Below are positions 38,030 to 47,900 of a DNA stretch of 64,000 nt, piece after piece. Source of the stretch: an uncultured delta proteobacterium. Lineage in GTDB: Bacteria; Desulfobacterota; Desulfobacteria; Desulfobacterales; SG8-13. The translations under genes were made by a program, and so were the position numbers. Below the pieces are notes generated by a model. It searched no databases and was not told the origin of the DNA. It saw only the letters and a list, made by a program, of their open reading frames with translations. The stretch is from positions 70,584-134,583 of the forward strand of contig CAWGUE010000001.1 in the NCBI GenBank assembly GCA_963825595.1, in the 5' to 3' direction. The stretch's first letter is position 1. Every line of letters starts with the position of its first letter.

Positions 38030-38254
38030 GAGAATGTCAGAATTTTATTCCAAATGGTGCTTTATAAAATCCCCCTGTCCCCCTTTGTCAAAGGGGGAAC
38101 TGGTAAGGCTTGAAGTGGTTTGTACACAGCTCTTGCGGCCAGAAAAGGCGCCTTGTTTAAGCGTTCCCCCCTTTTTTTGAAAGGGGGGCCAGGGGGGATT
38201 TCCAGCTGTCGCACACACCCTCCAATCGCAACATGTTTATGACAACAGCTGTAG
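38030..38254. mobile_element. MITE-like element, family A, copy 2 (inverted, without nested insert)
   Basis: Reverse complement is collinear with 2450-2791 minus 2515-2628. Begins 2 nt after the kinase stop codon (38026-38028). Confidence 0.7.
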
Positions 38255-38436
38255 TGCCCACAATATCGTATGATTTTTTTCATGTATCTGCTTAAGATAA
38301 TATATAAAATACCGATAATTGCCTTATGGGTCGGTGTTATGCGCACATGCTCATATATTATCTGTTACACTGTAAGGGAACAAATTTACCCTTGTCGTCA
38401 TTTTCAGAACGTTAATAGCAATAGGCAGCTTTAATT

Positions 38437-39870
38437 ATGGCCAAAATATTGATAATCGACGACGATGAGATGATGTGCGAACGTTTTTGCATTCTCATCG
38501 ACAGCCTCGGTCACGCGGCCGAGTGCGCGCACACACTCGAGCTGGGTCTCAAAAAAGCCGTCGCAGACAATTTCGACATCGTTCTGCTCGATGTCTACCT
38601 GCCCGACGGGTATGGCATCGATGCCGTAGCCAAGGTCAGAGAAATGCCTTCCAGGCCCGAGGTGATCATCGTTACGGCCAACGGGGATCCGGATGCGGCC
38701 GAGATCGCCATCAAAAGCGGCGCCTGGGATTACATCGAAAAATCGCCCAGAGAAAAGGCCATGCTGCTGCCTCTCAAACGGGCCCTGGCCTACCGTGAGG
38801 AAAAAACATCAAACAAAGTGCCCGTCGTCTTGAAGTACGACGGAATTGTGGGTAAAAGCCGGGCCATGGGAGACTGTCTGAACCTTCTGGCCCTGGCTGC
38901 GACCTGCGACATCAATGTTCTCGTCACCGGAGAAACCGGTACCGGCAAGGAACTCATGGCCCGGGCCATACACCTCAACAGCCAACGCGCTGAAAGCAAT
39001 TTTGTCATTGTCGACTGCACGGTTCTTCCTGAAAAACTGATCGAAAGCGTCCTTTTCGGGCATGAAAAAGGCGCATTCACCGGCGCGGACAAGGCGCAAT
39101 CCGGTCTGATCGAGCAGGCCAACGGCGGCACCCTATTTCTCGATGAAATCGGAGAACTGCCCCTGGCGACCCAGAAAGCCTTTTTGCGGGTTCTGCAGGA
39201 ACGCCGTTTTCGAAGAATCGGTGCCAAAGCAGAAACAAAGAGCCATTTCAGGCTCGTGGCAGCGACCAACCGTGATCTCGAAAAAATGGTTGAAGACGGG
39301 CTGTTCCGCAGGGACCTGCTCTACCGGCTGCGGTCTATGACTATTGAGATACCGCCGTTGAGAGAGCGCTGCCAAGACATCGGAGAATTAGCCCGCTACC
39401 ACGTGGTCCGGTTGTGCGACCGATACGCCCTGGACACCAAAGGATTTGCGCCTGAATTTTTCCAGGCTCTGGAGGCCTATTCCTGGCCCGGTAACATCCG
39501 TGAGCTGGTCAACGCCGTTGACAGCGCGCTCGCAGTCAGCGGCAATGAGCCCAAACTCTACCCCACTCATTTGCCGACCAACATCCGCGTTCATATGGCG
39601 CGTAATGCGGTGGACAAGGGAAATGGCCGCAAGAGCCTTGTCAAGGAATTCAAACCCCTCAACGGCAGCATCCCCAAATTCAAGGAATTCCGTCAGTCTT
39701 TCGAAAAGAGATACCTGGAGGATCTCATCCTGCAGAGCCGCAACGATGTCAAAAAAGCCTGCCAGGCCTCCGGCATTTCCCGCTCCCGCCTCTACGAACT
39801 TCTCGCCAAGCACGATCTTTCGATTTCTTCCCCGCAGCCGCGGACACACGCAGACGCGATAGATCAATAA
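38437..39870 (+). CDS. Sigma-54-dependent response regulator (NtrC family: REC, AAA+, Fis-type HTH)
   Basis: 477 aa. ILIIDDDE...VLLDVYLPDG. GETGTGKE, GHEKGAFTGA, WPGNIRELVN. C-terminal HTH ...ACQASGISRSRLYELLAKH. Confidence 0.94.
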   Translation: MAKILIIDDDEMMCERFCILIDSLGHAAECAHTLELGLKKAVADNFDIVLLDVYLPDGYGIDAVAKVREMPSRPEVIIVTANGDPDAAEIAIKSGAWDYIEKSPREKAMLLPLKRALAYREEKTSNKVPVVLKYDGIVGKSRAMGDCLNLLALAATCDINVLVTGETGTGKELMARAIHLNSQRAESNFVIVDCTVLPEKLIESVLFGHEKGAFTGADKAQSGLIEQANGGTLFLDEIGELPLATQKAFLRVLQERRFRRIGAKAETKSHFRLVAATNRDLEKMVEDGLFRRDLLYRLRSMTIEIPPLRERCQDIGELARYHVVRLCDRYALDTKGFAPEFFQALEAYSWPGNIRELVNAVDSALAVSGNEPKLYPTHLPTNIRVHMARNAVDKGNGRKSLVKEFKPLNGSIPKFKEFRQSFEKRYLEDLILQSRNDVKKACQASGISRSRLYELLAKHDLSISSPQPRTHADAIDQ

Positions 39871-39890
39871 ATTCGCCTATAGGGCGAATT
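39870..39890 (+). terminator. Stem-loop immediately after the NtrC-type gene
   Basis: aattcgcc-tatag-ggcgaatt, an 8-bp stem starting at the last base of the stop codon. The U-tract is weak. Confidence 0.35.
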
Positions 39891-40054
39891 ATGAGTAAAG
39901 TCCCTAAAAGGAGGTATAATAACACCATTCTTTAGGTTCTCTGACAGGATCAACAAGATTATAGCTGTTGTTATAAAGAGGTTTGGTTTCGTTTGGAACT
40001 GTGTGGAAATGTTTGACCTTGGCGGGCACAATTGGGGCAAAGTTTGGAGCTTGT

Positions 40055-40354
40055 TTACTCTAATCTTTCATTCAAAGCTGAATTGAAATCTCTTCTGCCG
40101 TGAATGATGGTAAGGATTTCGATGTCTCCGACTGAGATTTCATAAACAAGCCGGTATGAATAAACGAGCAACTCACGGATGTTTTGATCACTTATTTCGA
40201 GAACAACACGGCCGGATTCCAGAAAATCATTTAACGTTTCAGTTTTTGCAACGATATCTTGGATAACCTTTCGTGCATAATATTTTGAATCTTTGGCAAT
40301 GAAATCATGAATCTGCTTTAAATCATTTTTTGCTGGAACAGACCATTTTTCCAT
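40055..40354 (-). CDS. ParE/RelE-family type II toxin
   Basis: 99 aa. W.V...A..DL.QI..FI, IRELLVYSYRLVYEI, ILTIIHGRRDF. Confidence 0.85.
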   Translation of the reverse strand: MEKWSVPAKNDLKQIHDFIAKDSKYYARKVIQDIVAKTETLNDFLESGRVVLEISDQNIRELLVYSYRLVYEISVGDIEILTIIHGRRDFNSALNERLE

Positions 40355-40527
40355 GATTTTATTTCTTCCTTGAGCTCTTCAACAGATACAGCCTCGCCCC
40401 TCTGTATGGCTTCCCGGCCCTTTCGCACTTTATCGATCACGTACAGCCTGTACATAATGTCATCGATTTCTGCCGTATCAGGCATTTTTGATATAACGTT
40501 AAGCGCTTCTTGTTTTAAACTTTCCAT
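40318..40527 (-). CDS. Cognate antitoxin (small acidic protein)
   Basis: 69 aa, directly upstream of the toxin and overlapping it by 37 nt. Typical ...EDIMY.LYV..K...G motif (DDIMYRLYVIDKVRKGREAIQRGE). Confidence 0.7.
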   Translation of the reverse strand: MESLKQEALNVISKMPDTAEIDDIMYRLYVIDKVRKGREAIQRGEAVSVEELKEEIKSWKNGLFQQKMI

Positions 40528-40875
40528 GTGTACGATCTCCTGCGGTTATCACCTGAATCTTGCATGAAAATTAAAAGGTATGTTTGAAACATAATAAAAA
40601 CGGTATTTCATGCGGTTGTAAGAATCGTATAAAATACCAAGTAGGTAAAAATAATGAAAGTCATTTTATCTTTCCAATTTTCACCCTTCGGGCGCGCCTG
40701 AGGCTTCCATCTGCCGCGTTATTAAGGACTTGCAATAGTTCACACTATGGCTACGCCCTTAAATGCCTTGCAGATGAAACCCTCCGACTCTTGCAAAACC
40801 CAGGTATCATTTTCGTAACTGAATCAAACATAATATACTTTTTATGCCTTAATTCTGTCCGAAGCAACAAAAAAT

Positions 40876-40908
40876 GCAGGTGGCGATTTAAGCATGACCA
40901 TCACCTGC
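40876..40908 (-). terminator. Rho-independent terminator directly downstream of the tRNA-like fragment (possibly bidirectional)
   Basis: gcaggtg-N19-cacctgc. On the minus strand it is followed by attttttgttg; on the plus strand by gtctgttttt. Confidence 0.5.
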
Positions 40909-40917
40909 GTCTGTTTT

Positions 40918-40967
40918 TGGTATGCCCGGCAAGATTCAAACCTGCGGCCTACGGATCTGAAATCCTT
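40918..40967 (-). tRNA. Orphan 3' half of a tRNA (anticodon arm to CCA); no matching 5' half
   Basis: The minus strand reads AAGGA-TTTCAGA-TCCGT AGGCC GCAGG-TTTGAAT-CTTGC CGGGCAT-A-CCA. This gives a T arm with a TTTGAAT loop, a 7-nt acceptor strand, a discriminator and CCA. The upstream sequence cannot form the acceptor 5' strand or a D arm. There is one mismatch in the anticodon stem and T instead of C at position 56. Confidence 0.4.
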
Positions 40968-41262
40968 CGGTTTTTGCAAATTGGGGTAAGTATTGACTTC
41001 GGGATGGAATGGTGAAAACTCAGGTCCGCTTCAGAGGGATAGCACCTTTTGGCCTCTCAACAGGAGAGACCAAAATTTCCTGTAGATCCTGTAAAACCTG
41101 CCTGCCCTGAAGTCTCTTGGTCAGCACCCGTCGGTTACTTCAAATGTGGAGAATATTTTCGCCTCATCAGAAGCAATTATTTTATCTTCTTTTCTTTTAT
41201 CCTGCACCTGCGGCTGCGGGATTATTATATAAAATCACACCGTGATTTTATCTGTGTTTTTA

Positions 41263-41298
41263 TGTCCGGTTTCCCGGACGCGTCCGCTTTTCCGGACA
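41263..41298 (+). promoter_or_regulatory. Composite palindrome, candidate enhancer-binding-protein site (UAS)
   Basis: tgtccgg-tttc-ccggacgcgtccg-cttt-tccggaca: four GTCCGG/CCGGAC half-sites, including the perfect 12-bp palindrome cggacgcgtccg. It lies 100-135 bp upstream of the sigma-54 -24 element. Confidence 0.4.
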
Positions 41299-41397
41299 AT
41301 TTTACCCTCCCAAAAGGAGTCATTTCTTCAATGCCGAACCGCCTCTTTTCAACTTAACTACCTATAAAAATTCAACATAATAAACTTATACCTCACT

Positions 41398-41412
41398 TGG
41401 CACTCTTTTTGC
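41398..41412 (+). promoter_or_regulatory. Sigma-54 (-24/-12) promoter
   Basis: TGGCACTCTTTTTGC. GG (41399-41400) and GC (41411-41412) are separated by exactly 10 nt. It lies about 60 nt upstream of the ATG at 41473. Confidence 0.7.
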
Positions 41413-41472
41413 CCTTATAAGGAAGGATTTTTAACAATCTTTCTCAAGGGAGCATGAAGGGAGAAGCCCCAA

Positions 41473-41877
41473 ATGAGTGTTCTATTCTACTCCTCGAAAA
41501 AGGCCGCCGCCGTCGAAGATCTTCAGGAATTCGTCTGTTCACTCTCGACGGAGGAGGAATCGGAAATCTGCGGGTCTTGTGAAGAGCTGGTCCGACGGTT
41601 CCAACAGCCTGGCCATAGTCCCGATATCGCTATTCTCTGCGCTTCCGACACCGAAGAGTTGAACGCCTTCATCTCGCAGGGCGACCTCTTCGCCAACACC
41701 CGGCTGGTTCTCATTCTGCCCGACCGGCGTCTCGTTACGGTGGGCAAAGCACTCTCCATGAATCCGCGCTTTATAAACTACGTCGATGGGTGTGTCGAGG
41801 ATACCAAAGCCGTGCTGGGCAAAATGCTCGACCAAAATTCAATGAAGCACCCCGGGACCCAAACGGCGTGCGGTTAG
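41473..41877 (+). CDS. Small hypothetical protein with an alternating beta-alpha (receiver/flavodoxin-like) pattern
   Basis: 134 aa with a GGGAG RBS. Hydrophobic strands VLFYS, IAILCA, LVLILP and RFINYV alternate with helices. No DD...D...K receiver pocket is evident. Confidence 0.5.
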   Translation: MSVLFYSSKKAAAVEDLQEFVCSLSTEEESEICGSCEELVRRFQQPGHSPDIAILCASDTEELNAFISQGDLFANTRLVLILPDRRLVTVGKALSMNPRFINYVDGCVEDTKAVLGKMLDQNSMKHPGTQTACG

Positions 41878-41995
41878 GCGCACGGAAAGCAGTGCTGCCG
41901 ATAGTCGGGCGATTCTCAAAAAATCATTCTATTGATTCGCTCGGCGCGGAAAATAAGTGAAGGCATAAAGATACCAAAGAAAAGAATGCACTTTA

Positions 41996-44900
41996 GTGGA
42001 AGTAAATAAACATAAAAATTTTACTTTAAACCGATCGAATGATAAACGGCGAGGAAAGGCGATCAGCGCCTATTCTTCCAGTCGCAGTCTATTTGTATTC
42101 GTTCGACTTCTTCTCCTGATCACTGTCGCTCTTTTAATTATTCCTTTGCAGGCTCAAGCCGCCTGGTATGATGCGAGCTGGTCGAACCGGCAGAAAATCA
42201 CGATTCTGCCGACCCTTGCCGACACCGATCTGACCAATTTCCCCTATCTGGTAAAAATAACCGACCCTGCCAATCCAATTTTTTCCATTCCGCAGACCGA
42301 CGGCGACGACATCCTGTTTACGGCCGCCGACGAAACAACAAAACTCAATCACGAAATCGAGTTGTACAATCCGGCAACCAACGAATTGTACATCTGGGTG
42401 CAGGTTCCCGCCATCTCAGGAGCCGTCAACACCGACATCTACATGTACTACGGCAACGGCTCCACGACCAACCAACAGAGTGTGGCGGCCACCTGGGACA
42501 ATGACTTCGTCATGGTCCAGCACCTGCAGGAGACGTCGGGTACTCACTTCGATTCGACCTCCCAGAATAACGACGGCACTCCTCAGAATGGTGTGGTGCA
42601 GACGGCCACCGGCAAGATCGACGGTGCCGACGCGTTCGACATGGTCGACGACTATGTCGCCGTTCCCGATAGCACGAATCTGCGGGTGGTGGCGATGACA
42701 CTCGAGGCCTGGGTCAAAATCCCGGCTCCTTTGCCCTCGAGCGGTTTCCACGGCATTATCAACCATGGCGACAGCGCCAACGCCAACTGGTACCAACTGT
42801 CTTACGATGGCGCCAACAATCAGTTCCATTACCGCTGGAGCATCGGCAGCGTCCGCCGAACCAACTTTGCTGCCACCGTCTCGGCGGACACTTGGTATTA
42901 TGTTGTCGGCGTTCTAGATGCAGGAACCACCACGGCGTATACGTATTTAAATGGGGGGCTGGACACGACCGTTCCCGGCGCCAGCCTGCCGACCGCTACG
43001 GCGTCCCCGTTGGATATCGGAAGAAGTTTGTCCACGGAACTGTTCAAAGGCACCATCGACGAGGTGCGCATCTCCAAAGTCGCCCGAACCCCCGAATGGA
43101 TCGCGGCTTCATTCCGCAACCAGAACACCCCCGACACCTACCAGAACCTGGAACCGCAGCAGGACCCGCCCTCCTTGTGGATAGGGGGGAGGGTCTTCGA
43201 GGACAAGAACTACGGCGGCGGTGCGGGTCGTTCACTGGCCGCTTCCTCCGGGGTGGGTCGTCCTGGCGCACGGGTCGAGCTCTACGACGCCTCGGGCGCC
43301 TTCGTCGACTCCAGCACGACAAACGCCCAGGGGGATTACACCTTAGGGATTTCATCTTCAGGAAACTACACCGTCCGCGTGGTCAACGCCACGGTGCGAT
43401 CCTCCCGAACCGGGTCCGACGGCACCGAGCTGAGCGTTCAGACTTTCAGAACGGACGCCTCCTCCGGCGCCGCCGCGCCGGTCACCGACAAGGTCGGCGG
43501 CGAGCAGCCACAGCAGGTCGATGCCCCCACCAACAGCGGCTCCCAGACGCTGGCGGCCCTGCAGGCCCTGACCGGGCAGTACACCCAGTCGATCGCCCCC
43601 GTGTCGATTGCGGCCGCAAACATCACCGGTGTGGACTTCGGCTTCAATTTCGACACCATCGTCAACACGAACAACGCCGGTCAGGGGTCGTTGCGCCAGT
43701 TCATCCGCAATGCCAACCTGCTCACCGACGATGCGACCCTGAGCCAGGCCGGAAGGACCCCCGGACGGGAAACCTCCATCTTCATGATCCCCACCACCGA
43801 CTCGGGATATTCGGCCGCTCCCCTCGCTTACACGATCCGGCCGACCGCAGTCCTGGACGATGTAACCGACCCGGTGATCCTCGACGGCACCACCCAGCCC
43901 GGCTTTGCCGGCAGCCCCATCATCGAGATCGACGGGGCGTCGGTGGCGGCAGGCGACCAGAACGGCCTCACGCTACAGGCCGGAGGCTCGGTGGTCCGCG
44001 GGTTCGTCATCAACCGGTTCCTGAGCGACGGGATCGAGATCGAGATCGGCGGGACGAACGTTGTGGAGGGGAACTATTTCGGAACGGACGTGGCCGGCAC
44101 GGCTGCTCGCCCGAACGGCTACGGGATCTCGGTGAAGTCGAACAACAACGTGATCGGCGGGACGACCGCCTCCCAGCGGAACGTGATCTCCGGAAACACC
44201 GGCTGGGGCGTCAGTCTCTACACCACCGCAGCGAACAACGCGGTCCGGGGGAACTACATCGGCCTCAGAGCCACCGGGGCGACCGGCCTCGGCAATTCGG
44301 GCAACGGGATCGAGATCTACGGCACAGCCTCCAGCAACAACACCATCGAGAACAACGTCATCGCCGGTAATGCCCAGGACGGCGTCGCCATCCTCGACGG
44401 CGCCAATATAAGGAACGCCATCCTGGGGAACGCGATCTACGGGAACGGGCAGCTGGGGATCGACCTGCGCAACGACGGCGTGACAAACAACAACGGGTCG
44501 ATCAACACCGGGCGCCCGAACTACGAGATGGATTTCCCGGTCTTCACCAACGTGATCCTCGACGGCTTGAACCTTTCCGTTTCCGGGTACATCGGCAGCA
44601 CGCCGAACGACGCGGACTTTGCGAACGCGCGGGTGGAAATCTTCCTCTCCGACAACGACCCGAGCGGGAACGGGGAGGGGCAGGCCTACCTGGGATACCT
44701 GACCGCGGACGCCAGCGGCAATTTCAGCGGTTCCCTCACGGTGAGCGGTTTGGCGGTGGGGAACAGCATCACCGGGACCGCGACCGACGAGATCGGGAAC
44801 ACCTCGGAGTTCGGGGCGAACGTTGTCGTTCAAGCCCACCCGTGCCCGGGGTGGACGGTGTCCACCACGGCCGACACGGGGGTTCCCGGGACGCTGCGGG

Positions 44901-47900
44901 AATGCGTCAAGGAGGCGAACAAATATTCCGGGATCACCCTCACCGTGCCCGCCGGCACTTACACGCTCGCGATCGCCGGGGATGATGAAGACGCCGCGGT
45001 CACGGGCGACCTCGACATCACCGCGGGCATGACCATCAACGGCGCGGGAGCTGGCAGCACCATCATTCAGGCCGGCACAAACTCTACCAACGGCATCGAC
45101 CGGGTGTTTCATGTGGACCCAGCCAGGGCGGGTGGATTCACGGTCAGCATGTCGAATATGACGATCCGATTCGGCAGGGAAACCGGCACGGGCGGCGGCG
45201 GAATCCTGATCGACCAAAACGGAACGCTTTCCTTCACCGACGGCGCTGTTACCGGCTGTAACGGCAAGATCGGGGGGGGGATCGCGAGCCTGGATCCTTC
45301 TTCCCTGACCCTCAACCGCGTCACGGTGAACGGGAACACGTCGACCTCCGATGGAGGAGGTGTCTACACCCTGGGCGGATACCAGTACACGGACGTGGCG
45401 GTGACCGGGAACACGGCGGCGAACAACGGAGGGGGGATCTTTTCGGACAAAGGCAGCGGGATGTTTACCGCCGTCACGATCAGCGGGAACCAGGCGAACA
45501 ATAGCAGGGGAGGCGGGATCTACTCCAAGGGTTCCGGGATCATGACCCTGACCAACGTCACGGTGAGCGGGAACTCGGCGTCCTCGGAGGGCGGAGGGAT
45601 CTGTGTGGACGGCAACACGTCCAACCTGACGAACGTCACCGTCTACAATAATACCGGCCCCACCGGCAGCGGGATTCGCAGGAGAGGCGGAACCCTGGCG
45701 CTTCGAAACACGATCGTCGCCGGGAACGCGGCGGGCAACTGTTCCGGGATGTCCTCGTCCTACTCTTCCGGGTACAACCTGGATGACGGAGCGACCTGCC
45801 TGTTCACGCAGACGGGGGATATCCAGAACCAGAATCCGACCTTCGGGGCGCTGGCGAACAACGGCGGGTACACCCAAACCCATGCCCTAGTGGCGGGAAG
45901 CCCAGCCATCGACAAAGGAACAGGCACTGGGGCGCCGGCCGTCGACCAGCGCGGCGTTTCAAGGCCCATTGACGGCGACGGCAACGGTTCGGCTCTTTTC
46001 GACATCGGTGCCTACGAGGCCGGGCCGCTGGGGGCAACCATCAAGGGCACCGTCTTCGAGGACGCCAACTTCGCCGGCACGGCGGCCGATTATGACGGTG
46101 GCACAAACGACCTGGCCCTGGCCAACGTGGACGTGGAGCTCTACGATAACAGCGACACCTACATCACCTCTGTCACCACCGATGCCAGCGGCGGCTACAG
46201 CTTTACCGGGCTGGCCGACGGCACCTACAAGGTGCGCGTGCGCTCGGCCACCATCGGCGACGCCGATACCACCCCCAAAGGCGGGTTGAACGCCACCGTG
46301 CCGGCCACGTGGCCCTACCCCCTGGCCGAGCTGGCCTGGGCCAACGCCGCAGCCCTTTACGGCGGCCAGAACCCGACCGTGGACGACACCACCACCGCCG
46401 ACAATGCCGGCCCCGGGGACACCTACGTCACGATCACAGTGAGCGGCAGCGATGTGGGTAGCGTCAACTTCGGCTTCGCCTACAACCTGATCGTCAACAC
46501 CGGTGACGACACCAACGCCAACAACATCCTCAGCAAACAGGGCTCCCTGCGCCAGTTCATCAAAAATGCCAACGCCATTGGCATGGCCGCTTCTTCGACG
46601 GCCAAACTCAGCCAGTTCAGGATTCCCGTTACCGATCCGAACTACAACGGCGGCGGCAACGGGGCGTTTACTATTCGCCCGACCATAGCCATGCCGACGC
46701 TATCGGACCGAATGGCAATCGACGCCACCACCCAGACCACCAACATTGGCGACACCAACGGCCAGGGGCCGGAGATCGAGCTCGACGGCACCGGGATCGG
46801 AGCCACCTCGCGGGGCTTCGCCGTCAATGCCCCTGGCTGCACCGTGCGCGGCCTGGTAATCAACCGCTTTTTCGACGGTATCTACCTGCTGGCGTCGTCC
46901 ACCGGCTCAAAGATCGAAAGCAATTATATCGGCACCGACGTCACCGGTACGGCTGACCTGGGCAATTCGCGCCATGGCGTAATAGTGAGCGCCGGGTCCG
47001 AAAGCTCTGTTATCGGCGGTGCAACGGCCGGCGCAGGTAACCTGATCTCCGGCAACACCTCCGACGGCATCAACATACAGGGTGGTGGGGACATCCGAAT
47101 CTTCGGCAACTTCATCGGCACCGACGCCGCAGGAACGGCCGACCTCGGCAACGGCTCTTTTGGTATCAGGGTCTTTACCGATTCCAAGGTCAACATCATC
47201 GGCGGCTCGGCAGCCGGTGCGGGCAATCTTATCTCGGGCAACAACGGGGGCGGCATCTATCTTGCCGGACCTCTCAACACGGTTCAGGGTAACCTTATCG
47301 GGACCGACGCCGCCGGCACCGGCAGCATCGGCGGTTCCTACGGACTCTATGTCACAGCCGACGGCAACATCATCGGCGGCACCGCTGCCGGTGAGGCAAA
47401 TACGGTTGCGTATCATTCGAATCAAGGGGTGTATATTACATCCGGTGTCAATAATCTGATCACAGGCAATTCGATTTTCAGCAACGGCAGCCTGGGGATC
47501 GATCTGACCAGCGGTGGCAACAACGACAAGGCTGTGCCCGTCATCTCCTCCATTACACCCGCCGGGGTCGATTTCACCATCATCACCACTGCCGGCAGTG
47601 GCGACACCATCGAGTTTTTCCGGGCCAATAACGCGGCCGCACCGGCCGTGACTCCTGACCCCACCGCCGGTGAAGGGTATCTCTACCTCGGAAGCTGCGT
47701 GGACAACGGCGCCTGTAGCGGGCCCCACATCAGCCCAGTGGTCGATGCCGACGCGGCCGCCGGCTCCGTTCAGGCCGTCCTGCTCTCAAGCGGCTTGAGC
47801 AGCATTGATGTGGTTACGGCCACAGCCACCGATGCGAGCAACAACACATCCGAATTTGCAGCTAACGCTTATACGTCCACCTGCCCCGGAGGCGTGGTCA

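Noticed and set aside
40918-40967. Reading the tRNA fragment as tRNA-Sec (selC) because the loop shows anticodon UCA
   Set aside because: The variable region is only 5 nt and the acceptor strand 7 nt, so it lacks the long extra arm and 8-bp acceptor of bacterial tRNA-Sec. The 5' half is also absent. I treat it only as a decayed or recombined tRNA 3' end.
40584-41357. Track ORFs 40584-41015 and 41049-41357 in the gene-poor junction
   Set aside because: They use TTG/GTG-type starts without an RBS, have Cys/Arg/Phe-rich low-complexity products, and span the tRNA fragment and terminator. I see no coding signal.
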